Origin: Octopus sinensis
Taxonomy: Eukaryota
Direction: 5' to 3'
Length of the DNA: 64,000 bases
NCBI RefSeq assembly: GCF_006345805.1
Contig: NC_042999.1
Coordinates: 32,612,001-32,676,000, forward strand
A program made the translations under genes and the position numbers. The notes below the pieces were generated by a model, which had not been told where the DNA came from, ran no database searches, and saw nothing but the letters and a program-made list of their open reading frames with translations. Positions 13,313 to 26,798 of the stretch are shown here, piece by piece. Numbering within the stretch: position 1 is the stretch's first letter; the number at the start of each line of letters is the position of its first letter.

Positions 13313-15017
13313 TTGTTTCTGATTTCAAATAATGCAAAACTGTTCGATGTTTTTACCACCAGAAATGGCGTGTCTCTACATTACCCGTTTAAAAATTTTA
13401 ATTAATGCAAAACCTGCAATGATTGATATTTCCCCAAGGTTTTCCTTTTATCAATTTTTGAAAAGTTACGTTTGCCTATGTTTAGTTTAATTAAACATTG
13501 TTCGGCGCAGTTTACCTCACCATAATACACGTAAAGAGTCGTGTTTATCATGCTGAACAAATTAATTATACGAGAAGTACAAGGTAATAGAAACTCTAGG
13601 ATATATACTTCACTATTTTGCATGATTTTTTTGTTCACATATTGGGAGATAAATCATGAAAATTTATAAGTTCGTATGTTGCATAATATTAATATTTGGA
13701 AATGCTATATTATGTTTCTTTTTTTTTTAATCAAATACATTATCACCTTAAATAATATGAAACGCAACAGATATAAACATGTAATAGGTTGTAAAAAACA
13801 CGTTAACATTTTTTTTTCGTGAATCTATCAATGAAATATTATTCATCTGCTACGAAACGATGAAGCCAAACATATTTCCTGTTAACGAAGACATCGTGAT
13901 ACGTACGTACCCCACTACTCACACACAAACATACATACATATAGAGAGATGAATAAGAGAAAATGGATTGAATGATATTCTTTATTTTATTTCCCTACAA
14001 TTGTTTCTACATATTGTTACAACCGTAGTATATAGATAAGATGATATAATTAACATTTTGCGTTACAGGTGTAAAATTTTTCTATAGGTGATTATTTCCA
14101 ATACACCTTTCGTTGGACCACACTGTCATTTGAAAAATATAAATATATATATGAATAATGCAATATGCTATTTCCAGTTTTGTGAAAACAAAACTAAACT
14201 CATAGGCACTGTGAGTGACAGCCAAAACACCAGTATAATCGAAATACAAAACACAAAAACAAAGAAACAGGCATAAAAAAATCTCCCATGTGAAGATAAA
14301 TATTAATTATAATTCCAACTTTATGATTAGATAATTAGGAAGAAAGCGAAAGACAAAATTAAAAATGGTATTAAACGTACACAGATAATAAAAGTATAAA
14401 CTGATTAATACTGATCATTTCCATTACAAGAAGACTTTGGAGGCATTACTTTGGAGGCATTTTCTGCTTACCTACTAATTTATTCTTTTAAACGTTTCTA
14501 AAAAGGATACAAGCACTAGAGATTTATTAATTAACTTTGCATAGGGACAGTTTTCATTGCAACATGCAGAAAATACTTTAGATCCCTTTTAAGTAAACAG
14601 GAAATGGTCAGTCTAATCATTTTATTAACATTATTATTTCTACACGCTTAATTTCATTCTTCATTTTCCTTTTTCGTTTTCTTCTTAATTAACTGACCAT
14701 GGTGATAATATTGCAATTTAGAGTTAATGGGTGTTAACGTCTGTGCTTGTTTCTTTATTTTTGCATTTTGTATTTTGATTAAACTTGTGCGTTGTCAGTC
14801 ACTATATCTTTGGGCATAGTTTTGTCTGCAACTTACTGGGGAAATGGCATACTCCTTTGGGTGTCCATTCTTCTCAGAAGTGAAATGACATTATGATCAA
14901 ACTAAGGATTTATTCAAAATAATACTCTGAAGATACAAGATGACATCCATGAGCCAATAACTACGGCCAAGCTTTGCATAGAATACTGCAAACATTTTAC
15001 CAAATTTCATTCAACCG

Positions 15018-15063
<46 letters not shown>

Positions 15064-15073
15064 CTATCTATCT

Positions 15074-15115
<42 letters not shown>

Positions 15116-15145
15116 AATCTATCTATCTATCTATCAATCTATCTA

Positions 15146-15226
<81 letters not shown>

Positions 15227-15282
15227 GTATGTCTGCCTGTCTGTCTATCTGTATGTTTGTCTATCTATCTATCTATCTATCC

Positions 15283-15381
<99 letters not shown>
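15018..15381 (+). repeat. (TATC)n tetranucleotide microsatellite
   Basis: Direct reading. Confidence 0.95.
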
Positions 15382-15771
15382 CGGTTCCTGCAATGCAGAC
15401 AGATTCCTTCAAGTGAACACATAGAGAGATGTGCAACTAGCATCAAACTAAATTTCACAGTTTTTTTCTTCTACTAGTGCAAAGATACAATTTCTTTACA
15501 AGAACGTTTAAATAAAGAAAATTTATTCATCGAAAAATACAGAACACGTATAAATATGTACGCATAACCAGGTGTGATCTCCATACATATTTTAATTCAC
15601 GATTACATAACCATTACTGTACATATTTCTCTCCACTACTCTAGTGTTTGAATTTTAAGTCATTTAAAAACACACAAAACCGTTAAATTAACTTCAACAT
15701 TTAAATTTAATTATAAGCACCTTCCACGCTGCAATTGTTACATGTTTTTCTGTCATATAATATATACATAC

Positions 15772-16110
15772 CTAAGTTTGACTGACAGAACACAGCACTT
15801 GTAATTCCATTGGACTATTACTTACTCCTCCATTGCCCTCTATCCCTGTATATAGAGTCGGAATTTCAGTACTATTACTGACAAGATACAGCATTTGTAA
15901 TTTCACTTCACTATTACCAATTTTTGGGCAACTAGAAAACGATTCACATACTAAACAGGTATTTGTTTTAATATTTAAAAGAAAATTAATGTGTGGTTCT
16001 GGAGCGTCTCCCATGTTCATCAAGGAAGAATGAATTAACATATGGCCGAAGGAAAATAAAAGGGTGTCGGTGCTAGGATTGAAGTTACAACAACAAATGT
16101 GATTCATTAC
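15772..16110 (-). CDS. Candidate isolated coding exon, product unknown
   Basis: 339-nt non-repetitive open frame (VMNHICCCNFNPSTDT...GNGGVSNSPMELQVLCSVSQT) between a pyrimidine-rich ..TATCAG acceptor and TAG|GTATGT donor; only one minus frame is open and it ends in TAG at the donor. Confidence 0.35.
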   Translation of the reverse strand, partial: VMNHICCCNFNPSTDTLLFSFGHMLIHSSLMNMGDAPEPHINFLLNIKTNTCLVCESFSSCPKIGNSEVKLQMLYLVSNSTEIPTLYTGIEGNGGVSNSPMELQVLCSVSQT

Positions 16111-16519
16111 CTGATACCAACAACAGAAAAAGTAATATTTTGTCATGTGTGCATCCTTGTGGATATGAAACAGACTATTGTTTAAAATATATGATTAAAT
16201 TCTTCTCCTCACGTATACTAAGATCTCAAAGCTATCAAATAATTCACATTAGACTGTCGTTTAAATATTCTTATGATGCTTTTGTTAAAAACAATGATTT
16301 CTTTCCTATTTGAATAAAACAGAGAGTCTCATAAGAAACGTTTACTTTATCAGATAATCGTTTACAAAATGTTACAAGGCAAGGAACCAGGTGTACAACA
16401 AAGTTTTCAATGAGTTTTCAATGACATTATTTCGTCTTCATTTTATTGCCCGAAACATATGAACAGCATAATATTTCATTACCCCAAGTTCTATAAAAAA
16501 ATGCATTCATATCTACGAA

Positions 16520-16709
16520 TATGTATGATTGTATATTTGTATGTATATATGTATGTATGCATGTATGTATGTATGTATGTATGTATGTATGTATGTATGT
16601 ATGTATGTATGTACGTATATATGCATGTATGTATGTATGTATGTATGTATGTGTGTATGTACGTACGTATATATGTATGTATATCTACCTATCTGTCTAT
16701 CTCTCTGAT

Positions 16710-16750
<41 letters not shown>
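16520..16750 (+). repeat. (ATGT)n/(TC)n/(TA)n compound microsatellite
   Basis: Direct reading. Confidence 0.9.
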
Positions 16751-16751
<1 letters not shown>

Positions 16752-16779
16752 ATTGCATCTCTTTTGTTCTTTATATATA

Positions 16780-16968
16780 ACCTGTGTCAGTCATTAGATT
16801 GGTGCGAAGCTGTACATCACAGTGAAGTACCTTTAGTCGAACGTTACGACTCCAGTAATTGCTATCTTAAAGCGTTGTACTTGTCCTATCGGTCTCTTTT
16901 GCTGGAACGCTAATTCACGGGACGTGAGCACACCAGCACCGCTTCTGAAGCCGTGGTGGAAGCGTGTG

Positions 16969-17002
<34 letters not shown>

Positions 17003-17160
17003 CTACCTACCTTACTATCTATTTATCTATCTATCTATCTCTTTATATTTATATATAAATATACGAAAGGCTTCTTTCAGTTTCTGTAGTCTACCATATC
17101 CACTCAAAAGCATTTAGTCGGTTCAAGACTATAGTAGGAGACTTTTGCTCCAGGTGCCCT
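16780..17160 (-). mobile_element. SINE family B, headless copy
   Basis: Reverse-complement homology to 18560-18890, with an internal (CA)n. Confidence 0.7.
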
Positions 17161-17827
17161 GCGATTTCATTTCGTTTTATGCAAAAGGCTAAATTTAGGC
17201 GAAATTCCTCTATATATGTATGAATGTATGTATGTATGTATATGTATGTGTATATATGTATGTATGTATTCTGTATTTATATATGTATGCATGTATGTAT
17301 CTATCTATGCATCCGCCCCTCTGTCTGTCTCACTCACTCTCTCTCACACTCTATATACATATATATAAATATATCTTTTCCACTCCACACACCCAGGGTC
17401 TCCCCACTGCCCAAACCTGACATCATTATAAACACACCTATACACACTCTCATGCACATGCATTTACACAACTACCCCACTTCACACCTCTCTGCATCCA
17501 CCCACGACACACAGTATTCACTCTAAACAGCAAACATAGTACAGATGCTCACTACACGCCTGAACACAGACAATATACACACACACGCAACACACATACA
17601 TACACGATAGACTTACACATATACACGTGTCCACATACACACAAATACACGAGACGCACATCACTCCACACAACGCCCACACTAGTTTACTTTTACACAC
17701 AAACACACAGGCTCACATACACACACGCACACAGAGGCCTATGCGTTTGCACACACACACATACACATACACACGACAATCCCATACATATGTGCAAACG
17801 TGTCGAGACGCATACACACAGGGAGAG

Positions 17828-18162
17828 AAGCACTCCGTTGGTTACGACGACGAGGTTTCCGCTTGATCCGAATCAACGGAACAGCCTGCTCGTGAAATTA
17901 ACGTGTAAGTGGCTGAGCACTCCACAGAGACGTGTACCCTTAACGTAGTTCTCCGGGATATTCAGCGTGACACAGAGAGTGACAAGGCCGGCCCTTTGAA
18001 ATACAGGTACACCAGAAACAGGAAGTAAGAGTGAGAGAAAGTTGTGGTGAAAGAGTACAGCAGGGATCACCACCATCCTCTGCCGGAGCCTCGTGGAGCT
18101 TTAGGCGTTTTCGCTCAATAAACACTCACAACGCCCGGTCTGGGAATCGAAACCGCGATCCT
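17828..18162 (-). mobile_element. SINE family C, head-truncated
   Basis: Near-identical to 55000-55325. Confidence 0.85.
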
Positions 18163-18482
18163 ATACACACATACACACTGGTAAAAAAAAATCACTCTAC
18201 AAAATGTACGCACTAGGTTACTGATACATATACACACAGGCTTACACTCAGCCCCTTCCTTTCACTCAACCTCTGTCTTCCGGCAATTTATTGTTGAACC
18301 GTTAACCCGTACATATATATTTTCTCTCACAGTTTTTTTTTTGTTTTTGCTCCCTCAACTCTTTCTGTCGAAGAGCGTAGGATCGAAACGCGCGCGTGTG
18401 TGTGTGAGAGAGAGCGTGCATGTGCGTCTGTGTGTGTGAGTGCATGTATGTGTATGCATGAGTGTGACGTGTGAAATAGATT

Positions 18483-18895
18483 AGGTATGGAGTGGCTGTG
18501 TGGTAAGTAGCTTGCTTGCCAACCACATGGTTCCGGGTTCAGTCCCACTGCGTGGCACCTTGGGCAAGAATCTTCTACTATAGCTTCGGGCCAACCAGAG
18601 CCATGTGAGTGGATTTGGTAGACGGAAACTGGAAGAAACCCGTCGTATATATGTATATATATGTGTATGTGTGTGTATATGCTTGTGTGTCTCTGTTTGT
18701 CCCCCCCCCAACATCGCTTGACAATCGATGCTGGTGTGTTTACGTCCCCGTAACTTAGCGGTTTGACCTAAGAAACCGATAGAATAAGTACTATGCTTAC
18801 AAAGAATAAGTCCTGGGGTCGATTTGCTCGACTAAAGGCGGTGCTCCAGCATGGTCACATCCAAATGACTGAAACAAGTAAAAAGAGTAAAAAAG
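18483..18895 (+). mobile_element. tRNA-derived SINE family B
   Basis: A box TGGCTGTGTGG, B box GGTTCAGTCCC, GCACCTTGGGCAAG core, internal (TG)n, A-rich tail. Confidence 0.85.
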
Positions 18896-18946
18896 AAAAG
18901 AGTATGGGTTGAAAGGGTTTCCAAAAAATTGTCATTGATTTAGTGA

Positions 18947-19008
18947 CCAGGTACTCGTGACTGAAGACGAACAAGCCAGCTCGAAACTGATTCGGTCTCA
19001 GCAGCCTG
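18947..19008 (+). ncRNA. Degenerate type I hammerhead ribozyme motif
   Basis: TGA-CTGAAGA-..AGCTC-GAAA-C..G-GTC-TCA, with distal CAGG/CCTG pairing; 5' strand of stem II is mutated. Confidence 0.5.
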
Positions 19009-19309
19009 TTTTCTTCTAGAGGATGGTAGGATTTCGACCACACCCCTGCTAGCAATATATATTGCATATAAGATGAGCATCGCCGCACGATAACCAGCTG
19101 GCGGAAGATCTGCCTGGGGGTTAAACTAGTAGTAACATGAAACAGCCACTTTGATGTGACAATTGATTTTACTTGTTAGTATACTTACTACTCTCATCTC
19201 TTCTTGAGATTTTACAACTAGCTATTTTTTGTTGCAAATCAGTGACCGATGGTCGCTTTGTTTACAATATATTTCTGACTGCAGTGGACCCTGGATGTCG
19301 CTTTATTGA

Positions 19310-19375
19310 CCAGGTACTCGCAACTGAAGATGAGCTAACCAGCTCCAAACAGCCAGTCTCGAACTCGTGTTGTCT
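19310..19375 (+). ncRNA. Degenerate type I hammerhead ribozyme motif
   Basis: CTGAAGA-T-GAGCT-aacc-AGCTC-CAAA(mutated GAAA)-C..-GTC; stem II is perfect. Confidence 0.45.
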
Positions 19376-19734
19376 CTTAGAGGATGGTAGGTGTTCGCTC
19401 ACACTGTTAGCAATATATATTGTATATAACGGGTGCAGCACCGAACCGATAGCTAGCTGACGGAAGATCTGCCTGCAGTTAAACTAGCAGACACATAGAA
19501 TAGCCACTTTGATGTAGCGATTGACTTTACTTGTTCGTATAGTTATTACTCTGATCTCTTCTTGAGATTTTAGAACTAGTTATTTTGCTTATGTATACAT
19601 TCATATTTGGGGAGATAAAAATGGATTAAAGTTTACCACTCGATTATCTCATGAAATAAATCATTTCCTTCAAGTGAATTATCATTTAAATTTAAGTTCG
19701 GAGAAATAAATAGACACAGATATAGATATGTATT

Positions 19735-19749
19735 GATAGACTGATGGAC

Positions 19750-19824
<75 letters not shown>

Positions 19825-19909
19825 ATGATTGATAGGTAGATAGATAGACAGATAGATAGATAGATAGATAGATGGGTAGATAGATAGATAGACGGATAGA
19901 CAGACAGAC

Positions 19910-19946
<37 letters not shown>

Positions 19947-19953
19947 TATATAT

Positions 19954-20021
<68 letters not shown>

Positions 20022-20030
20022 ACAGATAGA
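19735..20030 (+). repeat. (GATA)n microsatellite
   Basis: Direct reading. Confidence 0.95.
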
Positions 20031-20301
20031 TGCATACTATACATATATATACAGGCATAAATACAACCAGTAAATCATCCTGCATTCATTTTTTTCATGT
20101 CTACATAGCCGAAAGGAATGTCATCTTGAACTTGTCATAATTATTCCAACGTGTAACAATATGACCACCTGATCTAATATTCTACTCTATATGCATGCAT
20201 TTATGAATCTCTGTGTCTATATGTATGAATGTATATACGTGTGTATGTGTGTCTACATAGATATAAAATTATATGTATTTTTATACACATATATCATAAG
20301 C

Positions 20302-22140
20302 TAGAAATTGCTAAAATAATTTTATCATGAAATACATTTTAGTACCGGTACCCGCCTTTTAGACTTTTTCAACTAAGAATAAAATAAGAACAATTAAATT
20401 GGAGAGAAAAATTAAGTGAAATAGTTTGTAGAATAACTTCTTCATATTTAATGACAGCTTCTATCAACAGTATTCGGGGACTGCGATGGGCAGGCGAATG
20501 GCCCCCTCCTTTGCTAACCTAGAAATCAATCTTTATCGTAAGGTACTAGAAAAATACGCAAATCCATTCTAGCACAAATGCGTAGAGAGACTTAAAGAAC
20601 TTAAAGCCCTTCTGAATGGACTTGACATAAACATTCAATCTTCGATGGAATATTGCCACCAACAACTTCCATTTCTCGACATCCTCATTATGAAATCCAA
20701 CAACAAAATAGAAACATACATCTACTATAAGCCCACGGATTCCAAGCAGTGTCTGTCATTCAGCTCTTGCCACTCCAGACACACTAGAATGAAAGGATTT
20801 GTACTATAATATCTGATACAAGCACCAGGGACACATGACTACATGAGTTAAAGGAAACACTCATCAGCTACAACTACCCACCACCACTATTTGATATAGG
20901 CTTTCAACATTCTCTAAAACGCAACATCCACGAACTCAGACACCTTTGACTAAAGAAAGATTTACAACCAAGAGCCCTACTATGCACATCCACGCACAGC
21001 ACCCTAAACAATGAGGCCTTCCACACCAGCCTCCAGAACACCCATTCTCTAATCAAGAACCATAGAATGTATCAAATTCTCTAAACACACGCCATCATAA
21101 TGAGCAAAAGACAACTCAGGTCATTAAAAACGTCTTCTAACACAGGCCCAAATACACTCGATAAGTACATCGAAACCGACAGTAAAAATGTGGAAGACCT
21201 AACTATGGTATATGTGTCAACCCAATTGAAGGATCGGAATTCATCTTCAAACAGGATCAACGTTTTACAGTCAGAAACAAATTCCCATGAGCTTCGGAAT
21301 ACCTAATGTATGCATTAGCATGCCTAGGGTGTGGGAAACAATATATTAGTCAAACTAAAAACAGTATACGCCAGAGGATGATGGTACATAGATCCCAGAT
21401 TAAAATTCGAAAATACAGTAAAGTAGGATTAAGCGAGCACATCGATACTTGCGTCACTAACGAACAACTCAACTTTAGAATTTTCCCCCTCTATAAATTG
21501 TGGGACAATGTAACCTATAATCAGTGCATTCGCAAAGAAGCATATTTTATTGCAAAATATAAACCTATTTTGAATGCCGCCAACACCACAGATGAAACTA
21601 CTCCAAGAATTCAGAACAATTCCCACCTCTACTGCTACGGCCATAACAGATCACTTTTAGGTCATTTGACAATTAAAGAAGATTCCACGAACAATTTACT
21701 GTCTCGCAGCACTCCTGCACGTTCTTTTCTTTTGTTTTTCTTTTCTTTCTATCCTTTTCCCCTAATCCTACTCCTCTTCCGCCTTCATCTCTTCATCATC
21801 CTCCTCTTCCTCCTCTTTCTTCATCACTTCCTCTCCTCCTCCTCCTCCTCCTCCTCTTTCTTCTTCTTTTCATCCTTCTCCTCCTCCGTCGGCTGCTCCT
21901 GCTTAAATCATCAATTCTCTGTACCCAAATTATTCCTTCAGATTTACTACTACTCACCCTACGAGGCATTCCCAAGGAAATAGAGAGAGAGAGACAGACT
22001 ATTTAAAGACTATGGAAATATCTACAAACCATTTCACTTACATCGTTGTTTTTCATATTTTAGGCTAAGTTGAAAAAGTCTAAAAGTTGGAAACCGGTAC
22101 TAAAATGTACTTCATGATAAAATTATTTTAGCATTTTCTA
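20302..22140. repeat. 73-bp inverted repeats (20302-20374 / 22068-22140) enclosing a PLE fragment
   Basis: TAGAAA(T/A)TGCTAAAATAATTTTATCATGAA..AGACTTTTTCAACT; 6 mismatches counted by eye. Confidence 0.8.
20455..21595 (+). mobile_element. Penelope-like element fragment (RT C-half plus GIY-YIG endonuclease), disrupted
   Basis: GTAMGRRMAPSFANL, QLPFLDILI..IETYIYYKPTDSKQ, YALACLGCGKQYISQTKNSIRQRMMVHRS..LSEHI..KEAYFI.KYKP.LN. Confidence 0.9.
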
Positions 22141-22210
22141 CCTTGTCTTATTTCTCTTATACATATCAACACGTATTAATTTTCTACCTTGTACACTCAC
22201 ACACTCGCGG

Positions 22211-22241
<31 letters not shown>

Positions 22242-22242
22242 C

Positions 22243-23020
22243 ATGAGGGAGTACTAAAAAGTAACGTGAAACCTTTGCTGTGGGTCAAACTCGCTGTAGT
22301 TCAGGTGTACGCTGCTAGAAGGCACCTGATGCCACTCTCAAACATCGTACTGCCACTTGGTTCAGTTTTGTTTTCCAGTGTTTCGTCGCTGCTCGTCGAA
22401 TGTTGCGAGGGCTGAAACGAATTAATTGGCTGATTCCTTGAAATTCTGTTTCCTGTAGCTGTAAACGGTGGCCGAAAGAGTTGTCTTGCTTCAAACAGCT
22501 TATAAGGATGCTACCATGAGCAACACACTAGTTTACGGGTGGTTTCCACGATTTAGGAATGGCCACTTGTAGGACAACCTCGTTCAGGACTATCGTCGAC
22601 CTCACGAACCAATGAAAGCATCGTGAAAATTCATGAACTAATTTTGAAGGACCGTCACCGAACAATTAACGAAATGGTTGATATGACTGGTGTGTATTGG
22701 GTCTTCTTTCAAGGAATTTTGAGCAAAGAATTACGAGTGAAATGAGGTGCAGCAAATGTTTTGCCTCCCTTGCCCACGGAAGATCAAAAGCAGTCACGAT
22801 TGTACGCGTGTCTGAACCGAAAAAAGAGCTGGAAGTAGATCCGGACATTTTTATATTCAACACTGGTGACGAAAGCTGGTGCTATGAAATGTGGAGATGT
22901 GGAAGAGGTGAAGGAAAAATCAGTGGTGGCATTAAAAGGTATCACATCGCAAGAGGTCCAGCACTGCTTCGAATAGTGGAAAACGCGGCTGGACCGATGT
23001 ATTGAATACTTTGAAGAAGA
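22243..23020 (+). mobile_element. Internally deleted mariner transposon
   Basis: CATGAGGGAGTACTAAAAAGT end after (TA)n; VYGWFPRFRNG, TGDESWCYE and QHCFE*WK motifs. Confidence 0.8.
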
Positions 23021-23116
23021 TAAAAAGATAAACATGTAAAACTAAGAGAATAAAATAATATATATGCATATATATGCTTAATATATACATATACATACAT
23101 ACACACACACACACAC

Positions 23117-23171
<55 letters not shown>

Positions 23172-23222
23172 TTCTTGTTCCTACACCTGTCCTCGTCTTT
23201 TATTTTCGGTAAATTTGAACTA

Positions 23223-24376
23223 TCTTTATATATATAAAACTGAGAATGTGTGTGTGTGTGTGTGTGTCTGTCTGTCTGTCTGTGTGTTTCCCTAAAACTT
23301 GAGAACTATTCACTATTCAACCAATTTCTTTTAACTTTTTGCCAGGGCGAGCCCACAGCAAAATAATATCTTCTCCACTACGATTCCCTAAAACATGAGA
23401 ACTACACAACCAATTCCATTCAAATTTAACACATGCCTTACTTAGGGTCCATGTAGTTCCATGAGCAAAACAGAGTTGAACTTCTTGCCTAGAGCGAGTC
23501 CATAGCAATATCATATCTTCTCCACTATTTCAGTATTACGTGTTAAAAGTGAAACAAAAACGTTTCTCTATTTTGTGTCAGATACTTTCACTTTAACAAT
23601 AAAAATAATAATAACAATTGAATTATATGTAGTAAGTAATAATTAAAATCAAACTAAAGTATAATATAATCGTAACATAACAAAAGTAAAAATAACAATT
23701 GGTATAAAATTGCGTCAATGACTTGAACTTGAATAATTGGTTTCACATGAATGGGAATAAATTAAAAATAAAATTAGCGTGCAGAAATGGAATAATCCAG
23801 ATGGATAATAAAAAATTAGATTAAAGAAAATACTATTGTCTATAAAGTATACAATGGAGAGAAAAAAGAAGATTTGAACACATGGCGGAAAGCACCTTCG
23901 AAAAGTGTCTTGGTGCGACTATGCAATGTATCTAATCAGAAGCGGTAAATTCGCCACAATAGAAGCAAGGTTCGAGTCAACGGAGCGTGCAAGGGAGTAC
24001 TCGACTCGAACTTGCAAAGTGGAAATATTTTATTTTTACCTTTATATCTGGGACGTAGGACGTCCCAGAAAAATTTTTAAATGCCCCCCCCCCCGCCACC
24101 ACCAGAAGTAGACGTAGGCTGGATTGTAGCTACACTTCTATACAAGAGGGAGGACAAGATACAATTGATCGAAATTACAAGCGACGGGCTAACAATTCCA
24201 GTCTGTTATATATTTTGAGTATTGTTATCACTTGCGATATCAAGATATAACTTTGTATTTTGTATTTTATGTGTAGATGTATATATATAGATGTACATGT
24301 AATATATACACATATATATACACATATATACATGCACTAGCACTATGACCCGGCAACGACGGGTCTTTAATGCTAG
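23223..24376 (+). mobile_element. Non-autonomous Helitron/Helentron-like element (ends may belong to separate copies)
   Basis: 5' TCTTTATATATATAAAAC plus (TG)/(TCTG) tract, internal tandem subrepeats, 3' hairpin GACCCG-gcaacga-CGGGTC then CTAG. Confidence 0.45.
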
Positions 24377-24915
24377 CATATATATATATATATATTATAT
24401 ATATATATATTATATATATATATATGAAAGAAGGTTGCAAAATGCGATTGTAAAGATGTTTATTCACTTATGAATAATATATAGTCTATTGACTAATTTT
24501 TCTACACGATAGGCCATAGGCAGTGAAAAGTTTCTAAAATATTTATTACCCTGATATTAATTAGTGATAATTTTTCTGGAGAATTGTTCGAAGCAATGCG
24601 GGTACAAAAAACTGCGCTTGCGCGGTGGATTAAAAAAAAATAATATATAAGCAACAGGCACATGCTGGATTTGCCTCGTACTGATATGTTTGATCTTGAC
24701 GTACCTGTTGATGAAGACTTCGCCAAGGAAATTATTTTATTTGCTAAAAAAGTTAGAAACCATGGTCAAGGAAATAGATAGTAAATGTTTTTTTTTATTT
24801 TTCATTTCCTTCGATTATTTTATACTTAATAGTGATCTGGACATTAGCTGTTCTTTCTAGCGTGAAAGGAATGCTATGAAGGATATCTGTTATGTGTTTA
24901 AATGTACACTGCATT

Positions 24916-24967
<52 letters not shown>

Positions 24968-25469
24968 ATAATATATATATTGAGAGAGAGAAAGAGAAAG
25001 AGAAAGAAAGAGTTAAATATATGTATGTATATGTGCACATACATACACACAAACACACACACACACACCACACACACACACATATATATATATATTATTG
25101 CTTCTTCGAGTAAATGGTATGTGATACGTGAATGCGCTGTATCCCTTAATATATAAATAAAAATGTTCCAGTTCTTCTACTTAGAGTTTCACGTGTCCAA
25201 ACTTTGAATTGGTGGTGCCTTGCAATATCTACTGTTTCAATTTATTTTAAGATATTCAAATTTATGGTGAGAAAGTTTGCAGTTATTGATCTTCGAAATA
25301 ATAGTGCAGATACGGCTTTTTCAGACATATATTTTTGTTTTATTTTTTCTTCATTCGTATTTCATTCATGAGAATCCTTCTAGCGCTTTAAACTTAACAC
25401 AAGTGATATAACAACAAGAAGTGTTCTCAGGCAATTGTCATTAGTTTTAGTAATATTTTCAAGAGCTAA

Positions 25470-26490
25470 TATGGTGAAGTGGCAGAAACGTTAGCACGCC
25501 GGGCGAAATGCTTAGCCCATTTCCTCTGCCGCTACATTCTGCGGTCAAATTCTGCCGAGGTCGACTTTGTCTTTCATCCTTTCAGGGTCGCTTAAATAAG
25601 AACCATTTACGCACGGGGGTCCATATAATCGACTTAAATCGTTTTTCTGTCCTTGTTTGTCCTGTCTCTTTTTAGCCCCTTGTGGGTAGTAAAAAAATAG
25701 GTATTTCGTCTGCCGTTACGTTCTGAGTTCAAATTCCACCGAGGTCGATTTTGCCTTTCATCTTTTCGGGGTAGATTAAATAAGTACCAGTTACGCACTG
25801 GTGTCGATGTAATCGACTTAACCCCTTTGTCTATCCTTGTTTGTCCCCTCCATGTTTAGCCCCTTGTGGGCAAAAAAGAAATAAGAAACATTAGCACTCC
25901 GGAGGAAATGCTTAGCGGCATTTCGTCTGTCTTTAAGTTCTGGGTTCAAATTCCGCCGAGATCGACATCACCTTTCATCCTTTCGGGGTCAATAAATTAA
26001 GTACAAGTTGCGTACAGCGGTCGATCTTATCGACTGGCCCCCTGCCCCAACATTCCGGACCTTGTGCATAGTGTAGAAAAAAACATTTTCAACAGCTAAG
26101 GCGGTGAGCTGGCAGAATCGTTAGAACGCCAGGCGAAATACTTAGCAGTATTTCGTCTACCGTTACGTTCTGAGTTCAAATTCTGCCGAGGCCGGCTTTG
26201 CTTTTCATCCTTTCGGGGTCAATTAAATAAGTACCAGTTAGGTACTGGGGTCGATATAATCGACTTAATCCGTTTGTCTGTCCTTGTTTGTCCTTTCTGT
26301 GTTTAGCTCCTTGTGGGTAGTATAGAAATAGGTATTTCGTCTGCCGTTACGTTCTGAGTTCAAATTCCGCCGAGGTCGAAAATGCCTTTCAATTAAATAA
26401 GTATCAGTTACGCGCTGGGGTCGATATAATCGATTTAATCCCTTTGTCTCTTCTTGTTTGTCCTCTCTATGTTTAACTGCACGTGGGCAA
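25470..26490 (+). mobile_element. Cluster of SINE family A copies with multimerised bodies
   Basis: Heads at about 25470, 25885 (partial) and 26099; ~185-bp body repeated about five times. Confidence 0.9.
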
Positions 26491-26798
26491 TAAAAAAATT
26501 ATTATAGAAGTCTTTATTAGATTAAAAATAACTTTATCGTAACGTGAAAGTAAAACAAAACAGATAGCGGCTTATACACGGGAAAAAGGTGATTGTAATG
26601 GCAGTACGCTCGCTTGTTGCTAGTTGAAAGTATATAAGGGAGATAAAGAGCAAAGAATGTACGGTGCTGACTAGAAAGGAAGGGAGGATAAAGGTGACGA
26701 ATAGAGGGAAGGAATGAGTAAGGTGCTGACTAGAAAGGAAGGAAGGGTAAAGGTGACGAATAGAACAGAGTGGTAACATTTAGTAGAGATGACCCTGA

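Larger units (their letters stand above)
18930..19590 (+). repeat. Diverged ~363-bp tandem dimer carrying hammerhead-like motifs (PLE terminal-repeat-like)
   Basis: GACCAGGTACTCG at 18945 and 19308; homology continues to about 19230 and 19590. Confidence 0.8.

Noticed and set aside
26660-26770. Two copies of a ~59-bp purine-rich unit
   Set aside because: Simple local duplication with no further structure.
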